The notes beneath the pieces were generated by a model that made no database searches, was not told where the DNA came from, and worked only from the letters and a program-made list of their open reading frames with translations. From Clostridiales bacterium (GTDB lineage: Bacteria; Bacillota; Clostridia; Christensenellales; Aristaeellaceae), in assembly GCA_012728815.1 (NCBI GenBank), contig JAAYEI010000045.1, forward strand, positions 21,560 through 85,559: a DNA stretch of 64,000 nucleotides, read 5' to 3'. The first letter of the stretch is position 1. Each line of letters starts with the position of its first letter. The position numbers were made by a program, and so were the translations under genes. Shown here piece after piece: positions 11,326 through 19,033 of the stretch.

Positions 11326-12576
11326 TTACCACCCGTGCAGCGCGTACTTGCCCTGGGCCTCCGCCCGGGGGCTCAGCCAGCGGCCGTTGGTAAAATCCGG
11401 CATAGCCACCACCTGGCCACCTGACGCGATGGATTGCTCCGACAGCGCGGTCACGCTCATCCAGGCGACCGCGTCATACACGTCAATGGGGAAGGGCGTG
11501 CCCTGCTGCAGGGCCTCAATGAAGGCGCGCAGCACCAGGTAGTCCATGCCGCCGTGGCCTGCCTTGACGCCATCGGCGGCATAAGCCCGCCAGAGGGGGT
11601 GCTCGTATTCCCGCATGTAGGGTTCGTCGCTCTCCCAGACATGGGTCCAGTGGCCGGGCAGGTCGGGCGTGCGGCCCTCAATGTAGATGGAGCGGTTGTC
11701 CTCCATCCAGATGCCTTTGGTGCCCTGCACGCGCCCGCCGCGGGAATAGGCCCGGGGCAGGGTGCAGTCGTGGTTGAGCAGGATGGTCTGCCCCTGCGCG
11801 CAGGTGATGAGGGTGGTGACCACGTCCCCGCAGCGCGGCCGGGCGTTCACCAAAGCGGGCGCGTCCTGCCGGTGCGCCCGCAGCCAGCCGGAGAGACCTG
11901 CGGCCTGGCTGGCAAAGGAAGCCAGGGAAACCATGCGGTTGCCGCGGCCAAGCCCCAGGCAGGAGGCGATGGGCCCCAGGCCGTGGGTGGGGTAGAGGTC
12001 GGCGTTGCGGTTCAAAAAGTGCCGCTGGCGGTAATGCCCTGTCTGGTCGCCCTGGCCAATCTCCTCGCGCAGGTCGTGCTCGTAGGCGCCGCGGCAGTGG
12101 ACCAGCTGGCCAAACAGCCCCTGGCGCACCATGTTGAGCACCGCCATCTCCTCCCGCCCATAGCAGCAGTTCTCCAGCAGCATCACTGGCAGCCCGGTCT
12201 GTTCGCTGGCCTCCACCAGCTGCCAGCACTCCGTGAGGGAGCTGGCGCCGCCCACCTCCAGCGCCGGCACCAGGCCGCGGCGCAGCGCCTGGATGGCCAG
12301 GGGGATGTGGGTCTCCCAGGAGGTCATGACAACCACGGCCTCCAGCCCCGGGTGGTCCAGCAGCTGCTCCGCCACGGCGTAGGCCGCGGGGCGCAGGCCA
12401 AAGGCTTCTTTGAGCACCTCCTGCGCGCGTGCCAGCCGCGTGGCGCGCGGGTCGCACAGCGCTTCGATGCGTACATCCGGCATGGCGGCCAGCAGCTGGG
12501 CCTGCGGCAGGCCGCGATCGCCCAGGCCCAGGATGCCCAGGCGAATCTCCCGCCCGGGGATGGTGAACTGGCTCAT
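11326..12576 (-). CDS. Gfo/Idh/MocA-family NAD-binding oxidoreductase, GH109-like (NAD-dependent glycosidase-like)
   Basis: Start at MSQFTIPGREIRLGILGLGDRG (Rossmann GxGxxG). The ENCCYGREEMAVLNMVRQGLFGQLVHCRGAY block recalls GH109 alpha-N-acetylgalactosaminidase-type proteins. No signal peptide seen. Confidence 0.65.
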   Translation of the reverse strand: MSQFTIPGREIRLGILGLGDRGLPQAQLLAAMPDVRIEALCDPRATRLARAQEVLKEAFGLRPAAYAVAEQLLDHPGLEAVVVMTSWETHIPLAIQALRRGLVPALEVGGASSLTECWQLVEASEQTGLPVMLLENCCYGREEMAVLNMVRQGLFGQLVHCRGAYEHDLREEIGQGDQTGHYRQRHFLNRNADLYPTHGLGPIASCLGLGRGNRMVSLASFASQAAGLSGWLRAHRQDAPALVNARPRCGDVVTTLITCAQGQTILLNHDCTLPRAYSRGGRVQGTKGIWMEDNRSIYIEGRTPDLPGHWTHVWESDEPYMREYEHPLWRAYAADGVKAGHGGMDYLVLRAFIEALQQGTPFPIDVYDAVAWMSVTALSEQSIASGGQVVAMPDFTNGRWLSPRAEAQGKYALHGW

Positions 12577-12682
12577 GTGCTGTCCTTTCTGGCCGGCAGG
12601 CCGGGAGGCGTTCTGGAAGCGGTCAAGCAGGAAAACAGGCCGGGCGGGCTGCACCGGCAAGGGGCACCCCCGGGCGAACGGG

Positions 12683-13282
12683 TCAGACGCTGCCCAGGTA
12701 GGCCCGGAACAGCGCCCTGGCCAGGGGGATGCGGCGGATGCTGCTCCTGGCGTTGAGGTAGCTGGGGTTCAGGTCCCCCAGGCGCACGCGGTCCAGCCGG
12801 TCAGCATCCTGCAGCGCCCGCATGACCCGGCGGCAGCGGGCCTCGTCTTGGGGCGCGTAGACGCGCAGGCAGGCGGCCTCATCATCCGGACCGGAATGCG
12901 CGTGGATGGCGGCCTGCAGCAAGGCCAGGTCATCCCCGCGCACATCCGCCAGACTGGGCAGCAACCGGGCGGAGCGCCGGCTGTGGCCGCTGTCCTCCCA
13001 GTCATCCCTGCGGCCCACATCATGGTAGGTGCAGGCCTGGGCGGTGTACCAGGTATCCCTGGCGTCAAAGCCCTGGTCCATCGCGCAGACTGCGCCCAGC
13101 AGAATGACCCGCTCGGTGTGGCCGGCGCCATGGGTGGCGCTGTCAAACAGCTGGTGGGCGGGCAGGTCTTCAAGGGCCTGCCGGGCAAGGGGCCAGTGGG
13201 GCCAGGCGTCCAGCTGGCGCAGGACCGGGCCAATGACCGGGTGGCTGCGCATCATCAGAATGCTGCGCATGGTGTGGGTCAA
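12683..13282 (-). CDS. HD-domain protein (metal-dependent phosphohydrolase superfamily)
   Basis: HGAGHTERV and YHDVGR give the H...HD signature. I place the start at TTG 13282 (GGGAGG 7 nt upstream); ATG 13270 or ATG 13426 are alternatives. The rest of the 374-aa track ORF is antisense to ridA and not credible. Confidence 0.6.
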   Translation of the reverse strand: MTHTMRSILMMRSHPVIGPVLRQLDAWPHWPLARQALEDLPAHQLFDSATHGAGHTERVILLGAVCAMDQGFDARDTWYTAQACTYHDVGRRDDWEDSGHSRRSARLLPSLADVRGDDLALLQAAIHAHSGPDDEAACLRVYAPQDEARCRRVMRALQDADRLDRVRLGDLNPSYLNARSSIRRIPLARALFRAYLGSV

Positions 13283-13513
13283 GGCGAAGCCTCCCTTTGG
13301 GTGAGCTGTGTCCAATATAGGCAAAAAACAGGCTTCCCGCAAGGGCAGGCGGGCCGGCAACGGGCCAACCCGCAGGGCAGCCCAGGCGGTGCGGGCCGCG
13401 AAAAAGCGGATGGTTTTGCCGGTCATGGGAGCGCATCCGCTCCCATATGGGGGGCGGATATGGTATGATACAGAAAAACAAACCGCGCCCAGGCGCGCAG
13501 AAAGTGAGCATGC

Positions 13514-13903
13514 ATGAACCCTGAAATGCGTCCTGTCACCGCCCCCAAGGCCCCGGCCGCGCTGGGCCCCTACTCCGCCGCCATGGCCTATGGCAACCTG
13601 CTCTTCCTCTCCGGCCAGACCCCGGTGGACCCCGCCACCGGGGACCTGGTGCCCGGCAGCATTGAGGAGCAGACCGAGCGGGTCATCCAGAACCTGACCG
13701 CGGTGCTGGAAGCCGCCGGCGCCAGCTTTGACCAGGTCATCAAAACCACCTGCTTCCTGACCGACATGGCCAACTTCGCCGCCTTCAACGCTGTCTATGC
13801 CCGGCACTTCACCTCCAAGCCCGCCCGTTCCACAGTGGCCGTCAAGGCGCTGCCCAAGGGCGCGGAGGTGGAGATTGAGCTGATTGCCTGGCGGGAAGCC
13901 TGA
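13514..13903 (+). CDS. ridA: RidA/YjgF-family reactive-intermediate (enamine/imine) deaminase
   Basis: 129 aa. APAALGPYS, LFLSGQ.P.DP.TG and the C-terminal ARS.V.V..LPKGA.VEIE are canonical RidA blocks. Confidence 0.9.
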   Translation: MNPEMRPVTAPKAPAALGPYSAAMAYGNLLFLSGQTPVDPATGDLVPGSIEEQTERVIQNLTAVLEAAGASFDQVIKTTCFLTDMANFAAFNAVYARHFTSKPARSTVAVKALPKGAEVEIELIAWREA

Positions 13904-14265
13904 TGCTCCTCCTCTGCCACCCCACCTGCACCACCTGCAAGAAAGCGCGGGATTACCTGGCGCAGCGCGGCTTTCCCTATGCTGAGCGGGACATCCGGGC
14001 GCAGCGGCCCAGCCTGGCGGAGCTGACCTTGTGGCAGCAAGCCAGCGGCCTGCCGCTGCGGCGCTTTTTCAACACCTCCGGCCAGGCCTACCGCGCGCTG
14101 GGGCTCGCCCAAAAGCTGGACAGCCTGTCTGAGGCCGAGCAGCTGGACCTGCTGGCCAGCGACGGCATGCTGGTGCGCCGGCCGCTAATGGTTCAGGGGC
14201 AAACGGTGTTGGTGGGCTTCAATGAACAGGCCTGGGACCAGGCGCTGGGCGCAGGCAAGCCCTGA
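13903..14265 (+). CDS. ArsC/Spx/MgsR-family protein (YffB-like thioredoxin-fold protein)
   Basis: 120 aa. N-terminal CTTCKKAR.YL, then RRFFNTSG and LVRRP, typical of the ArsC/Spx family. Start overlaps the ridA stop (TGATG). Confidence 0.8.
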   Translation: MLLLCHPTCTTCKKARDYLAQRGFPYAERDIRAQRPSLAELTLWQQASGLPLRRFFNTSGQAYRALGLAQKLDSLSEAEQLDLLASDGMLVRRPLMVQGQTVLVGFNEQAWDQALGAGKP

Positions 14266-14325
14266 CACCGGGCACCCCCTGCCCTGAAGCGCCCGCGCAG
14301 GGGCCCTGGCCCCGCCGGGCCTGGT

Positions 14326-14349
14326 CAGCCGCCGCCCGCGCGGCGGCTG
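14326..14349 (+). terminator. Possible terminator hairpin after the ridA/arsC-family pair
   Basis: CAGCCGCCG-CCCGCG-CGGCGGCTG (9-bp perfect stem) but no clear T-run afterwards. Confidence 0.3.
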
Positions 14350-14407
14350 AGACCTTCTGTCTGCAGGGCATAGCCAAGCTGATACCCGCATCAAGGAGTG
14401 ATTCCCC

Positions 14408-15457
14408 ATGCCGCTGAACATCATCAGAGGAGACCTGTCCAAGATCCAGGCGGAAGCCCTGGTCAACCCGGCCAACAGCCAGCTCATGGGTGGGGGCGGG
14501 GTGAGCGGCGCGCTGTTCCGCGCCGCAGGCTGGGAGAAAATGCAGGCCGCCTGCGACGCGATTGGGCATTGCGCGCCGGGGCAGGCGGTCGTTACGCCGG
14601 CCTTCGCGCTGCCTGCCCGGTATGTCATCCACACCGTGGGCCCGGTGTACCAGGGCGGCAGGCCCCGGGAGGCGCGGCTGCTGTGGCAGGCCTATGTCAA
14701 CAGCCTGAACCTGGCAAAGAAAATGAAGCTGGGGTCCATCGCCTTCCCCCTGATTTCCTCCGGCACCTATGGCTACCCCCAGGCGGAGGCGCTGGACATC
14801 GCCATCCGCAGCATCCGCGGCTGGCTGGACGATCAGAAGGAGGAGCCAAAGGTGACCCTGGTGCTCTTCCACCGCCTGCACCTGCCGGAGGAATCCCTTC
14901 TGTTGCGGCGGATCGCCCAGCAGGTGGCCCAGAGCAAGCACCTGGAAGAGCCCATCCGCTACAGCGAGCGCGACCACGCGCAGGCCGCCCTGGAGGCGGC
15001 GGTTGAGGGCGGGGAGGAGGCCCCGCAGCGTCTGCGGGATTACAGCCGGTACTACCACGAAGCGCCCATGCCCCAGGCGAAGGATCACCGCACCCTGGGA
15101 GAGCGCATCCTGGAGCTGGACGAGGGCTTTTCCACCACCCTGCTGCGGCTGATTGACGAGCGCGGCATGACAGACACCCAGGTGTACAAGCGTGCCAACA
15201 TCGACCGCAAGCACTTCTCCAAAATCCGCAGCAACCCGCACTATGCCCCCACCAAGGCGACCGTGCTGCAGCTGGCCATCGCGCTGGGGCTCAACCACCA
15301 GGAGGCCAGCGACCTGCTGGCCCGGGCGGGCTTTGCCTTCTCCCCCGCGCACAAGATGGATGTGGTCATCGGCTATTGCCTGAAAGAGGGCATCCACAAC
15401 ATCGACCGCATCAACACCTTGCTGCTGCAGTTTGACCTGGCCACCCTGGGGGTATAG
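14408..15457 (+). CDS. Macro-domain (ADP-ribose / O-acetyl-ADP-ribose processing) protein with C-terminal helix-turn-helix region
   Basis: The N-terminal ~170 aa carry macro-domain blocks NPANSQLMGGGGVSGALFRAAG, VIHTVGPVY and IAFPLISSGTYGYP. The C-terminal ~110 aa (FSTTLLRLIDERGMTDTQVYKRANIDRKHFSKIRS....PTKATVLQLAIALGL) look XRE-like. Confidence 0.85.
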   Translation: MPLNIIRGDLSKIQAEALVNPANSQLMGGGGVSGALFRAAGWEKMQAACDAIGHCAPGQAVVTPAFALPARYVIHTVGPVYQGGRPREARLLWQAYVNSLNLAKKMKLGSIAFPLISSGTYGYPQAEALDIAIRSIRGWLDDQKEEPKVTLVLFHRLHLPEESLLLRRIAQQVAQSKHLEEPIRYSERDHAQAALEAAVEGGEEAPQRLRDYSRYYHEAPMPQAKDHRTLGERILELDEGFSTTLLRLIDERGMTDTQVYKRANIDRKHFSKIRSNPHYAPTKATVLQLAIALGLNHQEASDLLARAGFAFSPAHKMDVVIGYCLKEGIHNIDRINTLLLQFDLATLGV

Positions 15458-15573
15458 GCCAACCGCGTGCCGCCACCCAGCGCCTCCCCCTGCATTTGTC
15501 GCCTGCCAGGCGACCACGGGGGCGCTTTTCCCTGCTATCCTCACATCATCAAGCAGATGGGAGGACAAGCAAG

Positions 15574-16215
15574 ATGAGCGCAAACCTGACAGAGCTGGTG
15601 TTGATCCTGGACCGCAGCGGCTCCATGGGCGGGCTGGAGGAGGACACCATCGGCGGCTTCAACGCCCTGCTGGCCAAACAAAAGAAGGAGCCGGGCGCCG
15701 CGCGGGTGACCACCGTGCTGTTTGACAACCAGTACGACATCCTGCACGACCGGCTGGAGCTGCAGGCCGTGCAGCCGCTGACTGAGGGGCAGTATTTTGT
15801 GCGCGGCTCCACCGCGCTGCTGGACGCGATCTACCGCAGCATCCGCAAGGTGGACGGCGTGATGGAGGGCACGGCGCCCGGGCACCGGCCCGACCGGGTG
15901 CTGTTTGCCATCATCACTGACAGCATGGAAAACGCCAGCCACCTCATCACCCGCGAGCAGCTGGCCAGGCTGGTCGCGCAGCGCCGGGAGATGGGCTGGG
16001 AGTTCCTCTTCCTGGGCGCCAACATGGACGCCATCACGGTGGCAGGCAGCTACGGCATTGAGCAGTCCCGTGCCGCCACCTGGATTCCGGACCAGGAAGG
16101 CGTTGAGCTGAACTTTCAGGCCCTGGACGCGGCGGTCACGCAGATGCGCCACAAGCGCCAGGTGTCCGAGGATTGGGCCAGCCCGGTCCGCAAGCGCGGT
16201 GCCAAGGACACCTGA
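15574..16215 (+). CDS. Small cytoplasmic von Willebrand factor A (vWA) domain protein with MIDAS motif
   Basis: Start at MSANLTELVLILDRSGSMGG (ATG 15574, GGGAGGA upstream). DRSGS is the DxSxS MIDAS motif. The later ..GSTALLDAI.. and ITDSMEN (T/D positions) fit a vWA fold. No signal peptide or TM segment. Confidence 0.8.
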   Translation: MSANLTELVLILDRSGSMGGLEEDTIGGFNALLAKQKKEPGAARVTTVLFDNQYDILHDRLELQAVQPLTEGQYFVRGSTALLDAIYRSIRKVDGVMEGTAPGHRPDRVLFAIITDSMENASHLITREQLARLVAQRREMGWEFLFLGANMDAITVAGSYGIEQSRAATWIPDQEGVELNFQALDAAVTQMRHKRQVSEDWASPVRKRGAKDT

Positions 16216-16226
16216 GACGCCTTCAT

Positions 16227-16255
16227 GCCCGGGCGGCCAGGCGTGCCGCCCGGGC
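16227..16255 (+). promoter_or_regulatory. Perfect 11-bp GC hairpin in the vWA-ARH intercistronic gap
   Basis: GCCCGGGCGGC (16227-16237), 7-nt loop, GCCGCCCGGGC (16245-16255). No T-run follows. It lies 27 nt before the ARH start codon region. Confidence 0.5.
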
Positions 16256-16281
16256 ACCTGAAGATACAAGGAGGGATGCTG

Positions 16282-17109
16282 ATGTACGGAGCCATCATTG
16301 GGGACATCGCGGGCAGCCGCTTTGAGTTTGACAATCACCGCGACAAACGGTTCACCCTGTTTCATCCGCTTGGCTTTGTGACCGACGACACCGTGATGAG
16401 CCTGGCCCTGGCCCAGGCGGTGATGGAGGCTGACCGGCTGATGCCGCTGCGCGGCCCGGACTATGAGCTGCTGCTGGCGCAAAAGGCCGTGAGCTGCATG
16501 AAATCCATCGGGCGCCACTACCCGGACTGCGGCTATGGCGGGCGCTTCTACCGCTGGATGTTCAGCGCGCGCAGCCAGCCCTACAACAGCTTTGGCAACG
16601 GCGCCGCCATGCGGGTGAGCGCGGCCGGCCTGGCCGCGCGGACGCTGGAGGAAGCGCTGGCGATGTCCGACGCCCTCACCGCGGTCACCCACAACCACCC
16701 CGAGGGCATCAAGGGCGCGCGCGCCACCACGCTGTGCATCTTCCTGGCCCGGCAGGGACACAGCCAGGCGGACATCCGGCGGCGGGTGGAGCAGGAGTAC
16801 TACCGGCTGGACATGACGGTGGAGGGGCTGCGCCCCGTGTACCGCTTTGACGCCACCTGCCAGGGCACGGTGCCCCAGGCCATCGTGTGCTTCCTGGAGG
16901 CCACCTCCTTTGAGGACGCCATCCGCAACGCCATCTCCATTGGCGGGGACTCGGACACCATCGGCGCCATCACCGGCGCCATCGCCCAGGCTTACTTTGG
17001 GGTTCCGGAGGACATGAAGGAACAGGCTGCCGGCTACCTGGACGAGCGGCTGCTGGCCATCCTGGCGGACTGGGACGCCAGCGGCCTGGGACAGGGCAGG
17101 CCCACCTGA
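16282..17109 (+). CDS. ADP-ribosylglycohydrolase (ARH/DraG-like) family protein
   Basis: Start at MYGAIIGDIAGSRFEF (ATG 16282, AAGGAGGG 7 nt upstream). TDDTVM, NSFGNGAAMRV, HNHPEGIKGA and IGGDSDTIGAITG are ARH-family blocks, including the di-metal Asp/Thr positions. Confidence 0.85.
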   Translation: MYGAIIGDIAGSRFEFDNHRDKRFTLFHPLGFVTDDTVMSLALAQAVMEADRLMPLRGPDYELLLAQKAVSCMKSIGRHYPDCGYGGRFYRWMFSARSQPYNSFGNGAAMRVSAAGLAARTLEEALAMSDALTAVTHNHPEGIKGARATTLCIFLARQGHSQADIRRRVEQEYYRLDMTVEGLRPVYRFDATCQGTVPQAIVCFLEATSFEDAIRNAISIGGDSDTIGAITGAIAQAYFGVPEDMKEQAAGYLDERLLAILADWDASGLGQGRPT

Positions 17110-17132
17110 TTGGCGGGCAGGCCTTGACACGC

Positions 17133-17161
17133 TTGACCCTGTGTGGCCAAAATTGTAATGT
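17133..17161 (+). promoter_or_regulatory. Possible promoter of the ArsR/CadC-like regulator gene
   Basis: TTGACC (17133-17138), 17-nt spacer, TAATGT (17156-17161), about 22 nt before the RBS AGGAGG. Confidence 0.3.
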
Positions 17162-17183
17162 AATGGCGAGACAGGAGGAGCGG

Positions 17184-17546
17184 ATGGACAACGGCCTCGC
17201 CTGTGAAGGCAATATCATCCATGAGGAAGCCGTGGCGGCTGTGTGCGGGCAGATGCTCAGCGAAGCGGTGTTTTCCGCCGCCGCCAACTTCTTCAAGGTG
17301 ATGGGGGACGGCACCCGTTTCCGCATCCTTTACGCGCTGGACAAGCAGGAGCTGTGCGTGTGTGACCTGGCGAACCTGCTGGGCATGAGCGTGTCGGCGG
17401 TCAGCCATCAGCTGGCGCGCCTGCGGGAGAGCCAGCTGGTCAAGGGCCGGCGGGACGGCAAAAACATGTTCTACACCATCGCGGATGACCACATCCACGT
17501 GATGCTCAAGGGCTGCGTGGAGCACGCGATGGAGGAGCAAGCCTGA
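17184..17546 (+). CDS. ArsR/SmtB-family metalloregulator, CadC-like
   Basis: Start at MDNGLACEG (ATG 17184, AGGAGG 5 nt upstream). ELCVCDLANLLGMSVSAVSHQLARL is the CVC metal-site plus HTH signature. Two extra N-terminal Cys (LACEG...AAVCG), as in Cd/Pb/Zn-sensing CadC. Confidence 0.85.
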   Translation: MDNGLACEGNIIHEEAVAAVCGQMLSEAVFSAAANFFKVMGDGTRFRILYALDKQELCVCDLANLLGMSVSAVSHQLARLRESQLVKGRRDGKNMFYTIADDHIHVMLKGCVEHAMEEQA

Positions 17547-17689
17547 GACCGGGCCACGGCGCGACTGTGCAAGAGGATGGCGGATGAAAAAGTGCATGAT
17601 GAAGCCCGGGCGGCCCTTGCCGCCCGGGCTTTTTGCTGCCTGCCCCTCCCTGCCGGGATGCCCGCGCTGGGGGCAGCTGGCGGGACGCG

Positions 17690-18175
17690 CTACCCCAGCA
17701 AGGCCAGCAGGCGCTCCACCGCCTCCCGGGGGAAGCCCGCGGGCTGGGGGCTGTCCAGCAGGCTGTTCAGGAACGCGCGGGCGGGCTGCCCCTGGGGCAG
17801 CATGTAGCCGGACTCGCGCAGCACATCCTCTGCCACCACGCGCAGGGACATCTTCATGGCCTGGGCAAACTGCCGCTGGATGGCGGTCTGCGCCTGGGCC
17901 AGCATGGCGTCCGCCGCGCGCTCCTGCGCCAGGCGGCTGTCCAGCAGCTGGTTCATGGCCTGCAGGGTGCCCGGCAGCTTGGGCTGCTGGGGCGGGTAGT
18001 TGAGCGGCACCTTGGAGATGGCCCCGGAAGGGCAGGCATCCACGCAGGCGCGGCAGGCGGCCAGGCAGCGGTCCGGGTCAATCTGGCCGTTGTCGGTGTT
18101 GGTGGCCCCGGTGGGGCACACAAACAGGCAGAGGCAATCCTTGGTACACAGGCGGATGTTGCGTACGGCGATCAT
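17690..18175 (-). CDS. 4Fe-4S dicluster-type ferredoxin domain protein with C-terminal helical extension
   Basis: 161 aa. The N-terminal ~55 aa hold two Cys clusters, [12 protein letters not shown] and [13 protein letters not shown]. The remaining ~100 aa are Ala/Gln/Leu-rich helical sequence with no motif I recognise. Start overlaps the upstream gene stop by 4 nt. Confidence 0.7.
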   Translation of the reverse strand: MIAVRNIRLCTKDCLCLFVCPTGATNTDNGQIDPDRCLAACRACVDACPSGAISKVPLNYPPQQPKLPGTLQAMNQLLDSRLAQERAADAMLAQAQTAIQRQFAQAMKMSLRVVAEDVLRESGYMLPQGQPARAFLNSLLDSPQPAGFPREAVERLLALLG

Positions 18176-18846
18176 GCTGAAGCCCCCCTTCCCACGCGCG
18201 CAAATTTAAAGCGCGGCACCTTGCACACCGGGCAGATTTCCGGCGCCTGCTCCCCCACGAAGATGAAGCCGCAGGCTTCGCACACAAAGAAGGCGCTGCC
18301 CTCAAAGGCGGCATCCCCCTCCTTGTTGTAGCGCTTCAGCAGGTTGGCCTGGATCTTGCCCACCTTCTCCCCCCAATTCAGCGCCCGCAGCGCGCCGCGG
18401 TCACCATCCGCGCGCGCGGCCGCGAAGGCGGCGGGGTAGCGCCCGGCCAGGTCTTCCTTGAGCAGGTCTGCCGCCGTCTGCCAGTCCCCCGCCGGGCTGG
18501 ACTGGCCATCAAAGAAGTCGGCCAGCTGGGTAAACAGGTCGGCCATGCCCGCGCGGTGCTGCTTTTGCACCGCCCGGGCCAGGTTGGAGGCGGTGGCTGA
18601 CAGGCGCTTGGCGTCCGCGCCCTGCTGGGGCGCGGCCTGCCCAGCAGGCGCCGCCATGGGCGCGGGCGCGGGCGTCTCCGCCTTGCCGCCCTGATTCTCA
18701 AACATGGATTTGTCCGCGCCGCAGACCGGGCAGACCCAGTCCGCCGGGACGTCCTCCCATCGGGTGCCGGGCGGGATGCCATGGCGCGGGTCGCCCGCGG
18801 CCTCGTCATAGTCATAGCCGCACACGGTGCAAATATAAACGCTCAA
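18172..18846 (-). CDS. Rubredoxin-bracketed protein (N-terminal rubredoxin, central helical domain, C-terminal rubrerythrin-type Cys4 knuckle)
   Basis: The N-terminus [11 protein letters not shown]...WVCPVCG is a canonical rubredoxin, and the C-terminus [10 protein letters not shown]...ICPVCK is a second Cys4 site. I prefer the TTG start at 18846 (GGAAGGAAGG 4 nt upstream, giving [10 protein letters not shown]); ATG 18897 is the alternative. No ExxH di-iron motifs in the middle domain. Confidence 0.7.
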   Translation of the reverse strand: MSVYICTVCGYDYDEAAGDPRHGIPPGTRWEDVPADWVCPVCGADKSMFENQGGKAETPAPAPMAAPAGQAAPQQGADAKRLSATASNLARAVQKQHRAGMADLFTQLADFFDGQSSPAGDWQTAADLLKEDLAGRYPAAFAAARADGDRGALRALNWGEKVGKIQANLLKRYNKEGDAAFEGSAFFVCEACGFIFVGEQAPEICPVCKVPRFKFARVGRGASA

Positions 18847-18961
18847 ACTGCCTTCCTTCCCCCGGGGCAGGCCCCGGACAGTATGCTCTGCGGCCATCCT
18901 AATGGTTTTTGCGGCACTTGTAAAGGCGGCCCGCACCGGCCGCCGCACAAAAAACTGGCTG

Positions 18962-18991
18962 TTGACATTTGCGTGTGCGTTCAAGTAAAAT
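18962..18991 (+). promoter_or_regulatory. Putative promoter of the HMA / P-type ATPase operon
   Basis: TTGACA (18962-18967), 18-nt spacer, TAAAAT (18986-18991). Confidence 0.5.
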
Positions 18992-18998
18992 GAAGTCG

Positions 18999-19016
18999 TT
19001 TGAACGAATGTTCAAA
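18999..19016 (+). promoter_or_regulatory. Inverted repeat, candidate ArsR/CadC-type operator
   Basis: TTTGAAC-GAAT-GTTCAAA (7-bp perfect arms) lies between the -10 element and the RBS of the metal-efflux operon. It is AT-rich in a GC-rich genome, which fits the position and style of ArsR/SmtB operators. Confidence 0.5.
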
Positions 19017-19033
19017 TGAAGGAGGGTGACCTG

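Noticed and set aside
12683-13807. 374-aa version of the HD-domain ORF.
   Set aside because: The N-terminal ~175 codons are antisense to ridA and the intergenic region and are compositionally non-protein-like. A TTG with well-spaced GGGAGG at 13282 gives a normal-sized HD protein.
15541-17130. 529-aa minus-strand ORF. Similar very long antisense ORFs occur at 748-1845(+), 2755-4071(+), 4315-5745(+), 19045-20712(-), 30043-31242(+), 54889-56442(-), 57588-59534(-) and 61646-62932(-).
   Set aside because: Each lies exactly opposite a gene with strong family motifs. Their translations are Gly/Ala/Arg/Pro/His-rich low-complexity sequence with no recognisable domains and no RBS. These are typical shadow ORFs of GC-rich DNA, where stop codons are rare on the antisense strand.
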